Below the pieces are notes generated by a model. The model did no database searches, had not been told where the DNA came from, and was given only the letters and a program-made list of their open reading frames with translations. 64,000 nucleotides of DNA from contig CAWIIP010000004.1 in the NCBI GenBank assembly GCA_963836235.1, positions 199,281 through 263,280 of the forward strand. The letters run 5' to 3'. The stretch's first letter is position 1. Every line of letters begins with the position of its first letter. The DNA is from an uncultured Pseudomonadota bacterium (GTDB taxonomy: Bacteria > Oederibacteriota > Muellerivitia > Muellerivitales > Muellerivitaceae). Of this stretch, positions 1-8,947 are shown piece by piece. The translations under genes and the position numbers were made by a program.

Positions 1-109
1 AAAAGAGGGGGATCAGGTTCCTCCCACCAAATCCGTTCCTGAACCGAAACCCAAAACAAGTGGATTGAGCCACGGAGAAAATGCTTCCTAAGAAGGATTA
101 GTAATACTT

Positions 110-922
110 ATGAGCGATTTTCTTGAGATTAACGAAAACGAAGCCGAACATCTTGCATGGATTCACTCAAATAAATTTACGATTCCCGACGTCTTTCATC
201 AAAAATTTTTTAAGTCAAGTTACAGGTACGCTTGTCGAGTCCTCAGAAAATATTATCTAAAAAAAGGTTTTCTGAGTATGACAAAAGCAGAAGGGACAAC
301 CTTTCAAGATTCAATATATTTTCTTACGACAAACGCCTTAAGAAGTTTGGATTCCAAAAACAAAATCTTGGTTCGAGGGACAAAATTTCCGATAAAAGTG
401 AATCCTTATGAAAGGCAACATGATCTGATGGTTCAGGAGATTAGGGTTGCAATAGAGGCAAGCGAGGACTTATCCGATATATTTTGGGTAACGGATTTTG
501 AAATGCGGTCTGGAATAACCCCTTCCATTAAAGCCAGATTCGTTGAGGGAAAATTTGACAAAAACGAATGGAGGTCAAATGGTTTGAACCCCAACAGCAC
601 TGGCCGTAGAACACCTGATGGTTATTTCGAAGCGGATTTGGAGGGGCAGAGGGAGGGATTTACCCTTGAGTTTGAACATCATCCTTACGACGACAGAAAA
701 TTCAATCGAATGGCATGGTATTTAAAACAGTATTTTCCTAATGCTACAAAACTTGTCGTTTCCGCTAGCCGGGAGAATTCAATACGGATGATAAAAGCCC
801 TTCAAACAAAAATTAAAAGCGGGGAACAAGATAAGTGGTTTGTTACGGATTTTGAAAAAATTAAAACACTACCATTCAAGAAAATATGGCATCAACTTAA
901 CCATCCATTGGAGAAAGTGTAA
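110..922 (+). CDS. hypothetical protein, possibly replication-relaxation-like (wHTH) plasmid-type protein
   Basis: 270-aa ORF. Basic HTH-like stretch RVLRKYYLKKGFL. Motifs QHDLMVQEIRV, WVTDFE and PDGYFE...LEFE recall the replication-relaxation family. No nucleotidyltransferase GS..DxD motif seen. Confidence 0.3.
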   Translation: MSDFLEINENEAEHLAWIHSNKFTIPDVFHQKFFKSSYRYACRVLRKYYLKKGFLSMTKAEGTTFQDSIYFLTTNALRSLDSKNKILVRGTKFPIKVNPYERQHDLMVQEIRVAIEASEDLSDIFWVTDFEMRSGITPSIKARFVEGKFDKNEWRSNGLNPNSTGRRTPDGYFEADLEGQREGFTLEFEHHPYDDRKFNRMAWYLKQYFPNATKLVVSASRENSIRMIKALQTKIKSGEQDKWFVTDFEKIKTLPFKKIWHQLNHPLEKV

Positions 923-926
923 CGGT

Positions 927-1661
927 TTAATCTTTATCCCTTTTTATAAAAGCTATGCTTTCAAAAAGTCTAGAGGCGTAGGCGTCTGCTGGAATTTTTA
1001 CCCATGCTGGATTTATTTTAAGAATCCATAAAAAAATCAAAATGAGATCAAAAATAAATAAACCGGTTGTAATTTCTTTAATTGCAATTCCCCCACGTAA
1101 GTTTAAAGTTATTTCGAATAGTTGAAAAAAAGAAAGAGAAAATAGTATAAAAAGTGCAAAAGGTTTCATGGCCCACAGGTTCCGACGAAACCCATAACTC
1201 ACGTTTTCTGTAAAGAGGATCGAGAACTTTTTGGTGTCCCTGGTTCTTTCGATGAGGAAACGACAGAAGCTTTCGTAAATTTCATCTGCAAGTTGTGGAT
1301 TCTTATTTTCAAAAGCTTTTGTTAATTTTTTTCTAATTTTTAGGTTTTTAGAGAGTTCAGTTAAATATCGTTTGTGTGTTATGGGGTCTAGCCATGTGTT
1401 TCGGAATCTTAGAATGGATATACTTGGTTTTCCGGCCCACCTCTTAAATAACCAAGCTTCTTTTCGCTTTCCAGCATCGCGACCCGCTTCCCCTAAAAAG
1501 TGAATAATTCCGAATGAGGTAAGTATGGAGATAATGGATTTACGTTCAATCCAAAGCTCTGGGAACCTAATAATTAAAAAAAGGATTATGGGAAATAAAA
1601 CAATAAGGGAGGCCAAAAACCTAGCTTTATAGGCATAAAAGGCACTTGAAACAGTTGTCAT
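927..1661 (-). CDS. membrane protein, hypothetical
   Basis: 244 aa. N-terminal TM helix LASLIVLFPIILFLII and two C-terminal hydrophobic helices. Convergent with the upstream gene. Confidence 0.4.
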   Translation of the reverse strand: MTTVSSAFYAYKARFLASLIVLFPIILFLIIRFPELWIERKSIISILTSFGIIHFLGEAGRDAGKRKEAWLFKRWAGKPSISILRFRNTWLDPITHKRYLTELSKNLKIRKKLTKAFENKNPQLADEIYESFCRFLIERTRDTKKFSILFTENVSYGFRRNLWAMKPFALFILFSLSFFQLFEITLNLRGGIAIKEITTGLFIFDLILIFLWILKINPAWVKIPADAYASRLFESIAFIKRDKD

Positions 1662-1737
1662 TAGAACCTATTTTCATTGGGGTAAAAAATTAAAGGCGAC
1701 AAACCTATACCATAATATAACCATTTAAGGAGTATGT

Positions 1738-2817
1738 ATGCGTAGCATCACTTTTTTCCAGGCTGGCAATGGGAATTTTTCGCTTGTCCAAGCTGATAAC
1801 ACAAACATTTTGATGGATATGAAAAGCACCGAAGATAAGACCTCTTGGGAAATTGTGAAACCGTTTTTAAAGAAAGATGGAAAAAAATACATTTTGGACG
1901 TTCTTTCCGTATCGCATGGGGACCAGGACCATTGTGGTGGCTATACAGAGTTTCAAAAGTTAATGGATGAAGGAAAACTAGTAATCGGTTCTATTTGGCA
2001 CCCCGACTATGACCGCACTGAAGTTTCTGAAGAAGAAGAATTGCCTGAGGATTATCTTATGCTCCATAAAGAAATACTTCGGCGTCAAAAAATCAAAAAT
2101 CCTCAATTTGGGGAAATCCAAATACCTTTAACAACATTAGATGACGAAAAATCAGCTTTTAACGGTTTACAATTGCCCACTGATTTAAAACTGAAGGTTT
2201 TAAATCCTCATCATAAAGACCAAGGTGATACTGAGTGGGACGTAAATGATTCAAGTCTAGTAATAAAATTATCCATTTCCGGCTTAAGAGTTTTATTTAC
2301 TGGGGATTCGAGTTCGGAAGTTTGGCAAACAAGAATTATTCCTCTGACATTAAAGAAAAACGATAAATCAGATTGGGCAGAAGCTCAAATTTTAGTTGCA
2401 TCACATCATGGTTCTGCTACTTTTTTTGGCGTCGATAGAGAAACTGTTCTTAATGCCAAACCAACTCCTGAAAATTACAAGGCACTAGATTATATTAAAC
2501 CTGAATTTTTGGTTCTTTCTGCATCGACAAAATTTCCGACGAGTGGGGATGAATCTGGAGATCTACCCCCTCACTATGCGGCTTGGAAGTGGTATCACAA
2601 ATGGTTTAGAGAAAATAAGAATGTTAAGGAAAGCGATAACCATCCCGATTTGTTCAAATATACGGCTAATGGGCACGTTCGTTTGCAATTGGGCGACGAT
2701 AAAGAATGGAGATTTAAAGAAAATTGGACGCCTGATGATGATCCTGATAAAGGTAGCGATGTCCATTTTACAAATAAAGGCGGGGGAACTAAGCGCCAAG
2801 AATCAGGGTATGCGTGA
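1738..2817 (+). CDS. metallo-beta-lactamase-fold protein (ComEC/Rec2-type MBL, putative nuclease/hydrolase)
   Basis: HxHxDH-like motif SHGDQDHCGG and downstream ASHHGS motif typical of ComEC-like MBL domains. No signal peptide. C-terminus ...KRQESGYA. TGA stop 8 nt before the next ATG. Confidence 0.6.
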   Translation: MRSITFFQAGNGNFSLVQADNTNILMDMKSTEDKTSWEIVKPFLKKDGKKYILDVLSVSHGDQDHCGGYTEFQKLMDEGKLVIGSIWHPDYDRTEVSEEEELPEDYLMLHKEILRRQKIKNPQFGEIQIPLTTLDDEKSAFNGLQLPTDLKLKVLNPHHKDQGDTEWDVNDSSLVIKLSISGLRVLFTGDSSSEVWQTRIIPLTLKKNDKSDWAEAQILVASHHGSATFFGVDRETVLNAKPTPENYKALDYIKPEFLVLSASTKFPTSGDESGDLPPHYAAWKWYHKWFRENKNVKESDNHPDLFKYTANGHVRLQLGDDKEWRFKENWTPDDDPDKGSDVHFTNKGGGTKRQESGYA

Positions 2818-2825
2818 ATTGAATA

Positions 2826-4634
2826 ATGACTTCTTTCCCTCCCGGCCTTTCAGAGGCAATTCAAAAAGGTTTATTAAAAGCTGCTTCAACACAATGTTGT
2901 GAATTTATTTCTGAAATTCGGCCTTCGACTAATGAGGGCTATTTTGAAATAGAAGCCATAATTGGTCCTGCGGATGTACCTCTAGGTTCTAGCCCACCAA
3001 AATATAAGGTCCGTTTTTTAATACCAAAATCCTTCCCATATGACGTAATAGAGACCGTTCCCTTAGACCCAGCGTTAAAGTGGAACCAGCACCAATTTGC
3101 TGATGGAGATTATTCAAGGGCGAATATTATTTGTCCCCCGTCATTAAATAATATACCTGCTGAAGCATTATTCTTCCCTTATATCGAACATGCCTATAGA
3201 TGGATTACTGATTGTTTATCGGGGACGCTCATAAAACCATTGGAAGATTATGAATTTCCGCATTTGGGGGAGGAGCCTAGAGGCAACTTCAATTTTTATA
3301 TTGATATAGACAATTTTCCCCATTCATGGATTTCAAAAAATAAATTTGGTATGGCCTGGACCACTGAAATAAACGGAAGTAAATCAGGAAAGCTTTATCG
3401 TGTAAGGGAACTTGAGGCAATAAACCCGCTTGAAGGCCCCAAAAACATAGAATCCAGCATACGAGACAATTGTTTTGTTAACGGGGAAACAAAGGGTTGG
3501 ATTCCATGGATTTTCGGTGGCAATCCAGTCTTTAAAGTTCCACATCAACGTTTTCAAAAGCTTTCGGAATTTAGCTTAGAGTTTAGAGATGAATTTTTAA
3601 ATGCTTGTAAAAATGTAATGGAAAAACAGTTTACTTTGCCGTATTTACTTTTAGCGTTTGAGATCCCACTTAAATGGTCGGGTACACCAAACAGAATATA
3701 TTGGACTGCAATGAGTTTGAAGAAATTTAATGGTTCTTCATTTAAGTGTCCTCCGGGTTTTCGTCCGAAGACCTCTGATTTCAAAACGTGGCCTAATGTT
3801 ACTCAATTTTTTAGAGAAAACAATCCATTGTTACTAAACCATTGCGAAGATATTTCTCCTAACACAATGACATTGAGGAGCGGAGAAGAAAACGTGGATA
3901 TGAAGTCGAAAAAAATTGTTATTGTGGGTGTTGGTTCGCTTGGTTCAATGTTAACAAAATCGATCTCGAAATTAAGCCCGGCTAAAATCAAATTGATTGA
4001 CAGTGGAAGGATTGAACCGGGTAATTTAATTCGGCACGAGGCATTAACTTCTCAAGTCGAGGAATTTAAAGCTGATGCAATGAGAATGTTAATAAAACCA
4101 ATGTTTAAATCCTCTGAGGTGGTTTCCCTCGCGATTGATATTGTTTCTGGTTTGCCAAAATTTATTGAAGCTATTGCTGATACTGACTTAATACTTGATT
4201 GTACTGGAGACGCTGGTTCAAATTATATGTTGCTAAGTAATTCAAAATTTTTGACTCACAAAGTAGCAATCGCATTTATTAAACCCGGACCTGCTTTTGG
4301 GGTTTTAATTTTGAAAAACCCCGGCCTTAATATTTCTCCCCGCGCCTGTATTGATAAACTTAAAGAAGGAATTCCGGCAGATGTTTGGGAAAGATATAAC
4401 AGTTCAGATTCTACGGAAAGCCAAGAAGTAAGAACTGCACCTGGTTGCTATTCAACTACCTTTTCCGCCCCTTATTATAGAATTAGATTGTTGGCCGATA
4501 TGTTTCTTGCATCTATTCTTGGATGGTTGAATGGGGGAGCTTCCTCTAGTTTTATTTTATTGTTTGACCAAGTTGTTTCCGAAAGTGGATTAGGCGTAGA
4601 TATTAAACGCTATGAAGTAAAAATTAATGATTGA
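2826..4634 (+). CDS. E2-like/E1-like fusion protein (Cap2-like ubiquitin-transferase-like enzyme)
   Basis: N-terminal UBC-like core (KYKVRFLIPKSFPYD ... HQFADGDYSRANIICPPSL, candidate catalytic Cys). C-terminal ThiF/MoeB-type Rossmann domain (KIVIVGVGSLGS) with a downstream Cys (PGCYSTT). 8-nt overlap with the next gene. Confidence 0.6.
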   Translation: MTSFPPGLSEAIQKGLLKAASTQCCEFISEIRPSTNEGYFEIEAIIGPADVPLGSSPPKYKVRFLIPKSFPYDVIETVPLDPALKWNQHQFADGDYSRANIICPPSLNNIPAEALFFPYIEHAYRWITDCLSGTLIKPLEDYEFPHLGEEPRGNFNFYIDIDNFPHSWISKNKFGMAWTTEINGSKSGKLYRVRELEAINPLEGPKNIESSIRDNCFVNGETKGWIPWIFGGNPVFKVPHQRFQKLSEFSLEFRDEFLNACKNVMEKQFTLPYLLLAFEIPLKWSGTPNRIYWTAMSLKKFNGSSFKCPPGFRPKTSDFKTWPNVTQFFRENNPLLLNHCEDISPNTMTLRSGEENVDMKSKKIVIVGVGSLGSMLTKSISKLSPAKIKLIDSGRIEPGNLIRHEALTSQVEEFKADAMRMLIKPMFKSSEVVSLAIDIVSGLPKFIEAIADTDLILDCTGDAGSNYMLLSNSKFLTHKVAIAFIKPGPAFGVLILKNPGLNISPRACIDKLKEGIPADVWERYNSSDSTESQEVRTAPGCYSTTFSAPYYRIRLLADMFLASILGWLNGGASSSFILLFDQVVSESGLGVDIKRYEVKIND

Positions 4635-5223
4635 AAAACCAAGTAGCAATTACAGTTTTAATTTTAAAACAGGCAGTCTCGAAGTGCATTTATCAAATTC
4701 TTTAATAGGTCAGCTAAGTCGTTTATCGAAATCCGCTTTGCCTAATGAAACTGGCGGAACTCTTCTGGGCTATTACAATGATTCAATGAAGATTGCAAAT
4801 ATTACTGAAATTTTGAAATCTGCCGGAAAACCCAAATCAACTCCAACTTCTTTTATTAGGCCAAGTGATACCAAGGAAACTGAGTCAAATAGAAGAATTT
4901 TGGCTTCACGTGGGCGTCTTTTTTATTTAGGCGAATGGCATTCACATCCAAAAGGGCCACCTTATCCAAGCCCTAATGATTTAATGTCTTGCTTTGAATT
5001 AGTTAAATATTCCAGAGTCCCGACCGAAACACCAATAATGCTTATAATTGGAAATGATCTGTCTGCTAATGTAAACAATATGGCTTGCTGTCTATTGGTG
5101 GCGAAAAAAGGCGCATGCGAAATTCAAAGAGCAGAAAGAATAAACGAACCGATACCACTTAAGAACCAAAGAAAACTTCGATTATTTACCAACGTAAAAC
5201 TGCGAAAAAAATTGCATCTTTAA
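4627..5223 (+). CDS. JAB/MPN+ (JAMM) metalloisopeptidase, Cap3-like
   Basis: JAMM motif GEWHSHPKGPPYPSPNDL (E..HxH..S..D). ATG overlaps the upstream stop (ATGATTGA). Confidence 0.7.
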   Translation: MIEKPSSNYSFNFKTGSLEVHLSNSLIGQLSRLSKSALPNETGGTLLGYYNDSMKIANITEILKSAGKPKSTPTSFIRPSDTKETESNRRILASRGRLFYLGEWHSHPKGPPYPSPNDLMSCFELVKYSRVPTETPIMLIIGNDLSANVNNMACCLLVAKKGACEIQRAERINEPIPLKNQRKLRLFTNVKLRKKLHL

Positions 5224-5268
5224 TCGAATAAGAATTAGAACCAAGTACGATTACGGGAGGTGTAAGGA

Positions 5269-5958
5269 ATGTGCGTTTGTTACCAGCTAAACCTTCCCAT
5301 TAAAAACATCGCAAAGGCCTTCAAGGCAAAACCGCCCAAAGTGACCTGGAATCCCTTGGACAAAATCCGGCCTTCCAACCTGGTTCCCGTGGTTATGGTT
5401 AATCCTCCAACAGGGGAGAGGGTTATTAAGCTAATGACGTGGGGAATGCCTTTTTACGATTTTCAAAAAAAGAAATTGGTTAAGCACCACCTCTTTAACG
5501 CTAGGTCCGAAACCATCACCGAAAAGAAAACCTTCAAAAGCCACTTCCAAAAGGACCGTATCTTGGTTCCGGTTTTTCCCGCCTTTGTTGAATGGCAGGA
5601 CACCGGAGAAAAGCGAAAGAAGCCTTATGTGATTGGCCTAAAATCGAATGAGCCCTTTGCTTTTGCGGGTATATGGGGGAAATGGAACATGACCATCGAG
5701 GACGACGAAACCATCGAAAAGAAGTTGAAGGCAAATCCCAAGTATGTCCCGAAAAAAGAGGAAATCGAGTATTACTCAGTTATCACGACAACCCCAAACG
5801 AAGTAGTGGCTCCTATTCACAACCGTATGCCTTGCATTCTGGACTCCCGGAACTACGATGCTTGGTTGGACCCCAAAATTGACCCGGAGATACTCAGACC
5901 CCTTTTGAAGCCCTTCCCAGCCGAGAAGATGCAAGCTAAACCAACGGGGAAAACCTAA
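5269..5958 (+). CDS. SOS-response-associated peptidase (SRAP/YedK/HMCES family) abasic-site processing protein
   Basis: Cys at position 2. Motifs HHLFNARSETI, ILVPVFPAFVEW, FAFAGIWGKW and HNRMPCIL match the SRAP family core. Confidence 0.75.
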   Translation: MCVCYQLNLPIKNIAKAFKAKPPKVTWNPLDKIRPSNLVPVVMVNPPTGERVIKLMTWGMPFYDFQKKKLVKHHLFNARSETITEKKTFKSHFQKDRILVPVFPAFVEWQDTGEKRKKPYVIGLKSNEPFAFAGIWGKWNMTIEDDETIEKKLKANPKYVPKKEEIEYYSVITTTPNEVVAPIHNRMPCILDSRNYDAWLDPKIDPEILRPLLKPFPAEKMQAKPTGKT

Positions 5959-5995
5959 AAAAAGAATATTCGATTTATAGAGAAAGCTTTATTTT

Positions 5996-6304
5996 ATGAA
6001 GAAAAAAAGTTCCTCCCAAAAAGATCTATTCAATCAAGAACCAGAAAATCCCGATATGGTTCGTTTTATTAAACGAGATCGTAAATGGTCCCGTGAAATT
6101 CGTGAGTTGATTGCCACCACATCTTGTCCTCATTGTGGTTCTCGAAAAATCACTTACTTTGAATGGGGCCAAGGCGGTTTTGGACCAGAACACGATAAGC
6201 TGGTAGCGGAAGACCTTCTCATCCAGAGGGGTTGCATCATGCAGAAGGATGAACCGGAATTTACCTGCCGCGATTGCAAAAAGAATTTCTCTAAAAATCC
6301 TTGA
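5996..6304 (+). CDS. zinc-ribbon protein, hypothetical
   Basis: Two CxxC pairs (CPHCG ... CRDCK). 102 aa. Confidence 0.35.
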   Translation: MKKKSSSQKDLFNQEPENPDMVRFIKRDRKWSREIRELIATTSCPHCGSRKITYFEWGQGGFGPEHDKLVAEDLLIQRGCIMQKDEPEFTCRDCKKNFSKNP

Positions 6305-6313
6305 AGTAGGCGT

Positions 6314-7018
6314 TTGAATATGAAAATGAAATTTGCTCTCGTAAATGAAGAACGATTGGAGCCCCAGCCGGGCCTCAAAGGTAAGTGTTTCCTTTGTGAA
6401 AAACCCGTAGTTGCGAAGTGCGGAAAGATTAGGATTCCGCATTGGGCTCACCTTGGAAAGCTCGAATGTGACCCCTGGTGGAAGAACAAAACTGATTGGC
6501 ATATTGATTGGCAAAATAAATTTCCTAAGTCTTGGCAGGAATTTGTTCACCAAGCCACAAACGGTGAAAAACACTTTGCTGATGTAAAAACAGACCAAGG
6601 TTGGGTTCTTGAATTCCAACATTCCTTCATCAAACCGGACGAAAGAAATTCACGAAATAACTTTTACCCAAAAATAGTTTGGGTTGTAAACGGAATGAGG
6701 CGGAAGAATGACCTAAAGAAATTTTTTGAAGTTGTAAAAAATAATGGTAAACAACTCAACCCAAAGGCACCAATATTGAAGTTAATGGGTTACTGGGATG
6801 AGTCTGCTCTTCTTCGTGACTGGGCGGATAGTCCTGTGCCAGTATTCTTTGATTTCGGAGGAACTTCAGACCTTTGTTATTTACTTCCCAAGAGTGCCGA
6901 TGGATTTCCTGATGTTGTATGGTTCCCACGAACGTACTTCCTTGAACTATTTCTGAATGGGGCACAGAAAGTCAAAGATATGAACTTTTGGTTTTCGGAT
7001 TTTATATCGGGCAATTAG
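6314..7018 (+). CDS. CoiA-like competence/nuclease family protein
   Basis: N-terminal Cys pairs plus HWAH. Core EKHFADVKTDQGWVLEFQHSFI resembles the CoiA family. Confidence 0.5.
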   Translation: MNMKMKFALVNEERLEPQPGLKGKCFLCEKPVVAKCGKIRIPHWAHLGKLECDPWWKNKTDWHIDWQNKFPKSWQEFVHQATNGEKHFADVKTDQGWVLEFQHSFIKPDERNSRNNFYPKIVWVVNGMRRKNDLKKFFEVVKNNGKQLNPKAPILKLMGYWDESALLRDWADSPVPVFFDFGGTSDLCYLLPKSADGFPDVVWFPRTYFLELFLNGAQKVKDMNFWFSDFISGN

Positions 7019-7471
7019 GCAAAACCGCAGCCCCAAACACCAAGCCAACCTCCTCCTCAAGTACAAATTGATCCCAACAGCCTTCAAGCTTACGTTCAAC
7101 GTAAAATAGCCAGGGAGAATTGATTTCGGAGACGATTTTAAGGGGCTTAACGCGAAAATATGCTGACCGCAGCGACAGTCTGGGTAGGTAAGTATCCCTT
7201 GGCTAAGGACGAGGAACAGTACAAAGACCAATCAGCAGAGTTAGTATTTATTACTGGTCGCAGTGTATGGCCGTACCGAATCAGTGAAGTGGTAGAAGCT
7301 TTTTGGGATCAAACTTATGAAGGAGCTGTTAGCACCATCCCTGTTCCACTGATAGTTTGAAGCTGTTTCTGCACTTCGAAGCCCGAAATTGTAAGCAATA
7401 AACCCCGAACGATGGCTCTGGTGAGATAATAGAGTGCTTTTATACTAGGGAGATATATTCGGCGGTAAGTC

Positions 7472-8947
7472 TTGAAAATCCTCATCGACACCAACATCGT
7501 TATTCCTCTTGAACCGGCATCCACAGGCGACTTAGAGCCGGGTACCATCCTTGCCGCTGAATTTCATCGTTTGGCCGCCAAAGCGGGTCACCAGCTATTC
7601 ATCCATCCCTTAATCCGACTGGATATTGATCGTGACCGCGATAGTGCTCGGGCTGACCTGCGTCGACAGTTAATTGGGAAATATAGCCAGTTAAATAACC
7701 CCCCAACCATTATTCAAAGACCGATTCCGCCATTAGAGGCACCTGCCCAAGATAGTAATGATTGGGTTGATGTAAACCTATTGGTGGCATTGGACTCTAA
7801 TGCCGTGGATATATTGGTGACCGATGATGAAGATATCCATCGGAAGGCCTTGAAGGTTGGTTTGCAATCCAAGGTTGCGCGACTGCCAGATATGGTGGCG
7901 TCGCTAAAAGACCTGTTTGATAAGGTTCATGAGCCGCCACCGGCAGTTGACTTCACTGAAGCTTATACTTTGAACGAGAGCGACCCGATATTTAATAGCG
8001 TGAGAGAGAGCTATGGAGCTGAGTTTGATCCTTGGTTACAGAAATGCAAGGCCCAACATCGGCACTGTTTTGTCATTCAGGATAAGTCGGCGGGAAAGTA
8101 TGTCGGTGTGGCTATTCTGAATAGAGAAGATGGCGCTTATGGTCTTGTGGGGAAGACCTTAAAACTCTGTACTTTTAAAATAGCGGACGAATATGGTGGG
8201 TACCGATACGGGGAATTGTTGTTGAAAGCTGTTTTTGATTATGCGGTAAACAACCAATACGATGGCGTATTTGTAACGGCTTATCCTGACAAAGATCGTT
8301 TGATTCGAACGTTTCAAGATTTTGGGTTTCAAATTGTTGAGCAAGGTGCCCAAGTGGTTCTTGTGAAGCGATTCACTTATACACGGGCTGAATACGATTT
8401 GGTTGAACCGCTAGTTTTCCATACTCTTTATGGGCCGATGGCGACTAAATTTGAGGGAAACAACACTCACATTGTCCCAATTCAGCCGGAATTTCATAAG
8501 CTCTTGTTCCCGGAATATGAACCACAACCCGAACTGTTCCCAGGCCAGCATCCCTGTGGGAACAGTATCAAGAAGGCTTACCTGTGTCATTCGGCTACCC
8601 GTCAATTAAAACCAGGGGATAATCTTTTGTTCTATCGGTCCGAGGATGATAAAGCGATAACAGCGGTGGGAATCGTTGAGGAGTTCATTGTTTCTTCTTC
8701 TGCGGATGAGATTGCCCAATATGTAAGCACAAGAACGGTCTATTCTTATGATGACATTAAAGCTATGTGCGAAACGGAAACATTGGCGATTAAATTCCGA
8801 CTTGTTAAAATCGTTAAGCCGGTTATCCCGCTTAAGGACTTAAAGAAAAATAAGGTGGTAAAAGAACATCCGCAGGCTATTCACAAGATTAAAACAGGGA
8901 GTGCTGAATGGGTAAGAGAAGCGACGAGCCTTCAACCGAAGTATTGA
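7472..8947 (+). CDS. PIN-like / GNAT acetyltransferase / ASCH (PUA-like) three-domain protein
   Basis: TTG start. N-terminus ILIDTNIVI with acidic residues (DWVDV, LVTDDEDI) reads as PIN-like. Middle GNAT-like (GVAILNREDG ... YGGYRYGELLLKAV ... FQDFGFQ). C-terminus PUA/ASCH-like (KPGDNLLFYRS ... AITAVGIVEE). Confidence 0.5.
   Translation: MKILIDTNIVIPLEPASTGDLEPGTILAAEFHRLAAKAGHQLFIHPLIRLDIDRDRDSARADLRRQLIGKYSQLNNPPTIIQRPIPPLEAPAQDSNDWVDVNLLVALDSNAVDILVTDDEDIHRKALKVGLQSKVARLPDMVASLKDLFDKVHEPPPAVDFTEAYTLNESDPIFNSVRESYGAEFDPWLQKCKAQHRHCFVIQDKSAGKYVGVAILNREDGAYGLVGKTLKLCTFKIADEYGGYRYGELLLKAVFDYAVNNQYDGVFVTAYPDKDRLIRTFQDFGFQIVEQGAQVVLVKRFTYTRAEYDLVEPLVFHTLYGPMATKFEGNNTHIVPIQPEFHKLLFPEYEPQPELFPGQHPCGNSIKKAYLCHSATRQLKPGDNLLFYRSEDDKAITAVGIVEEFIVSSSADEIAQYVSTRTVYSYDDIKAMCETETLAIKFRLVKIVKPVIPLKDLKKNKVVKEHPQAIHKIKTGSAEWVREATSLQPKY

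Noticed and set aside
2543-2902. 119-aa and 78-aa ORFs (2543-2902 +, 2563-2799 -)
   Set aside because: Internal and antisense frames within the MBL gene and the start of the E2/E1 gene. No motifs.
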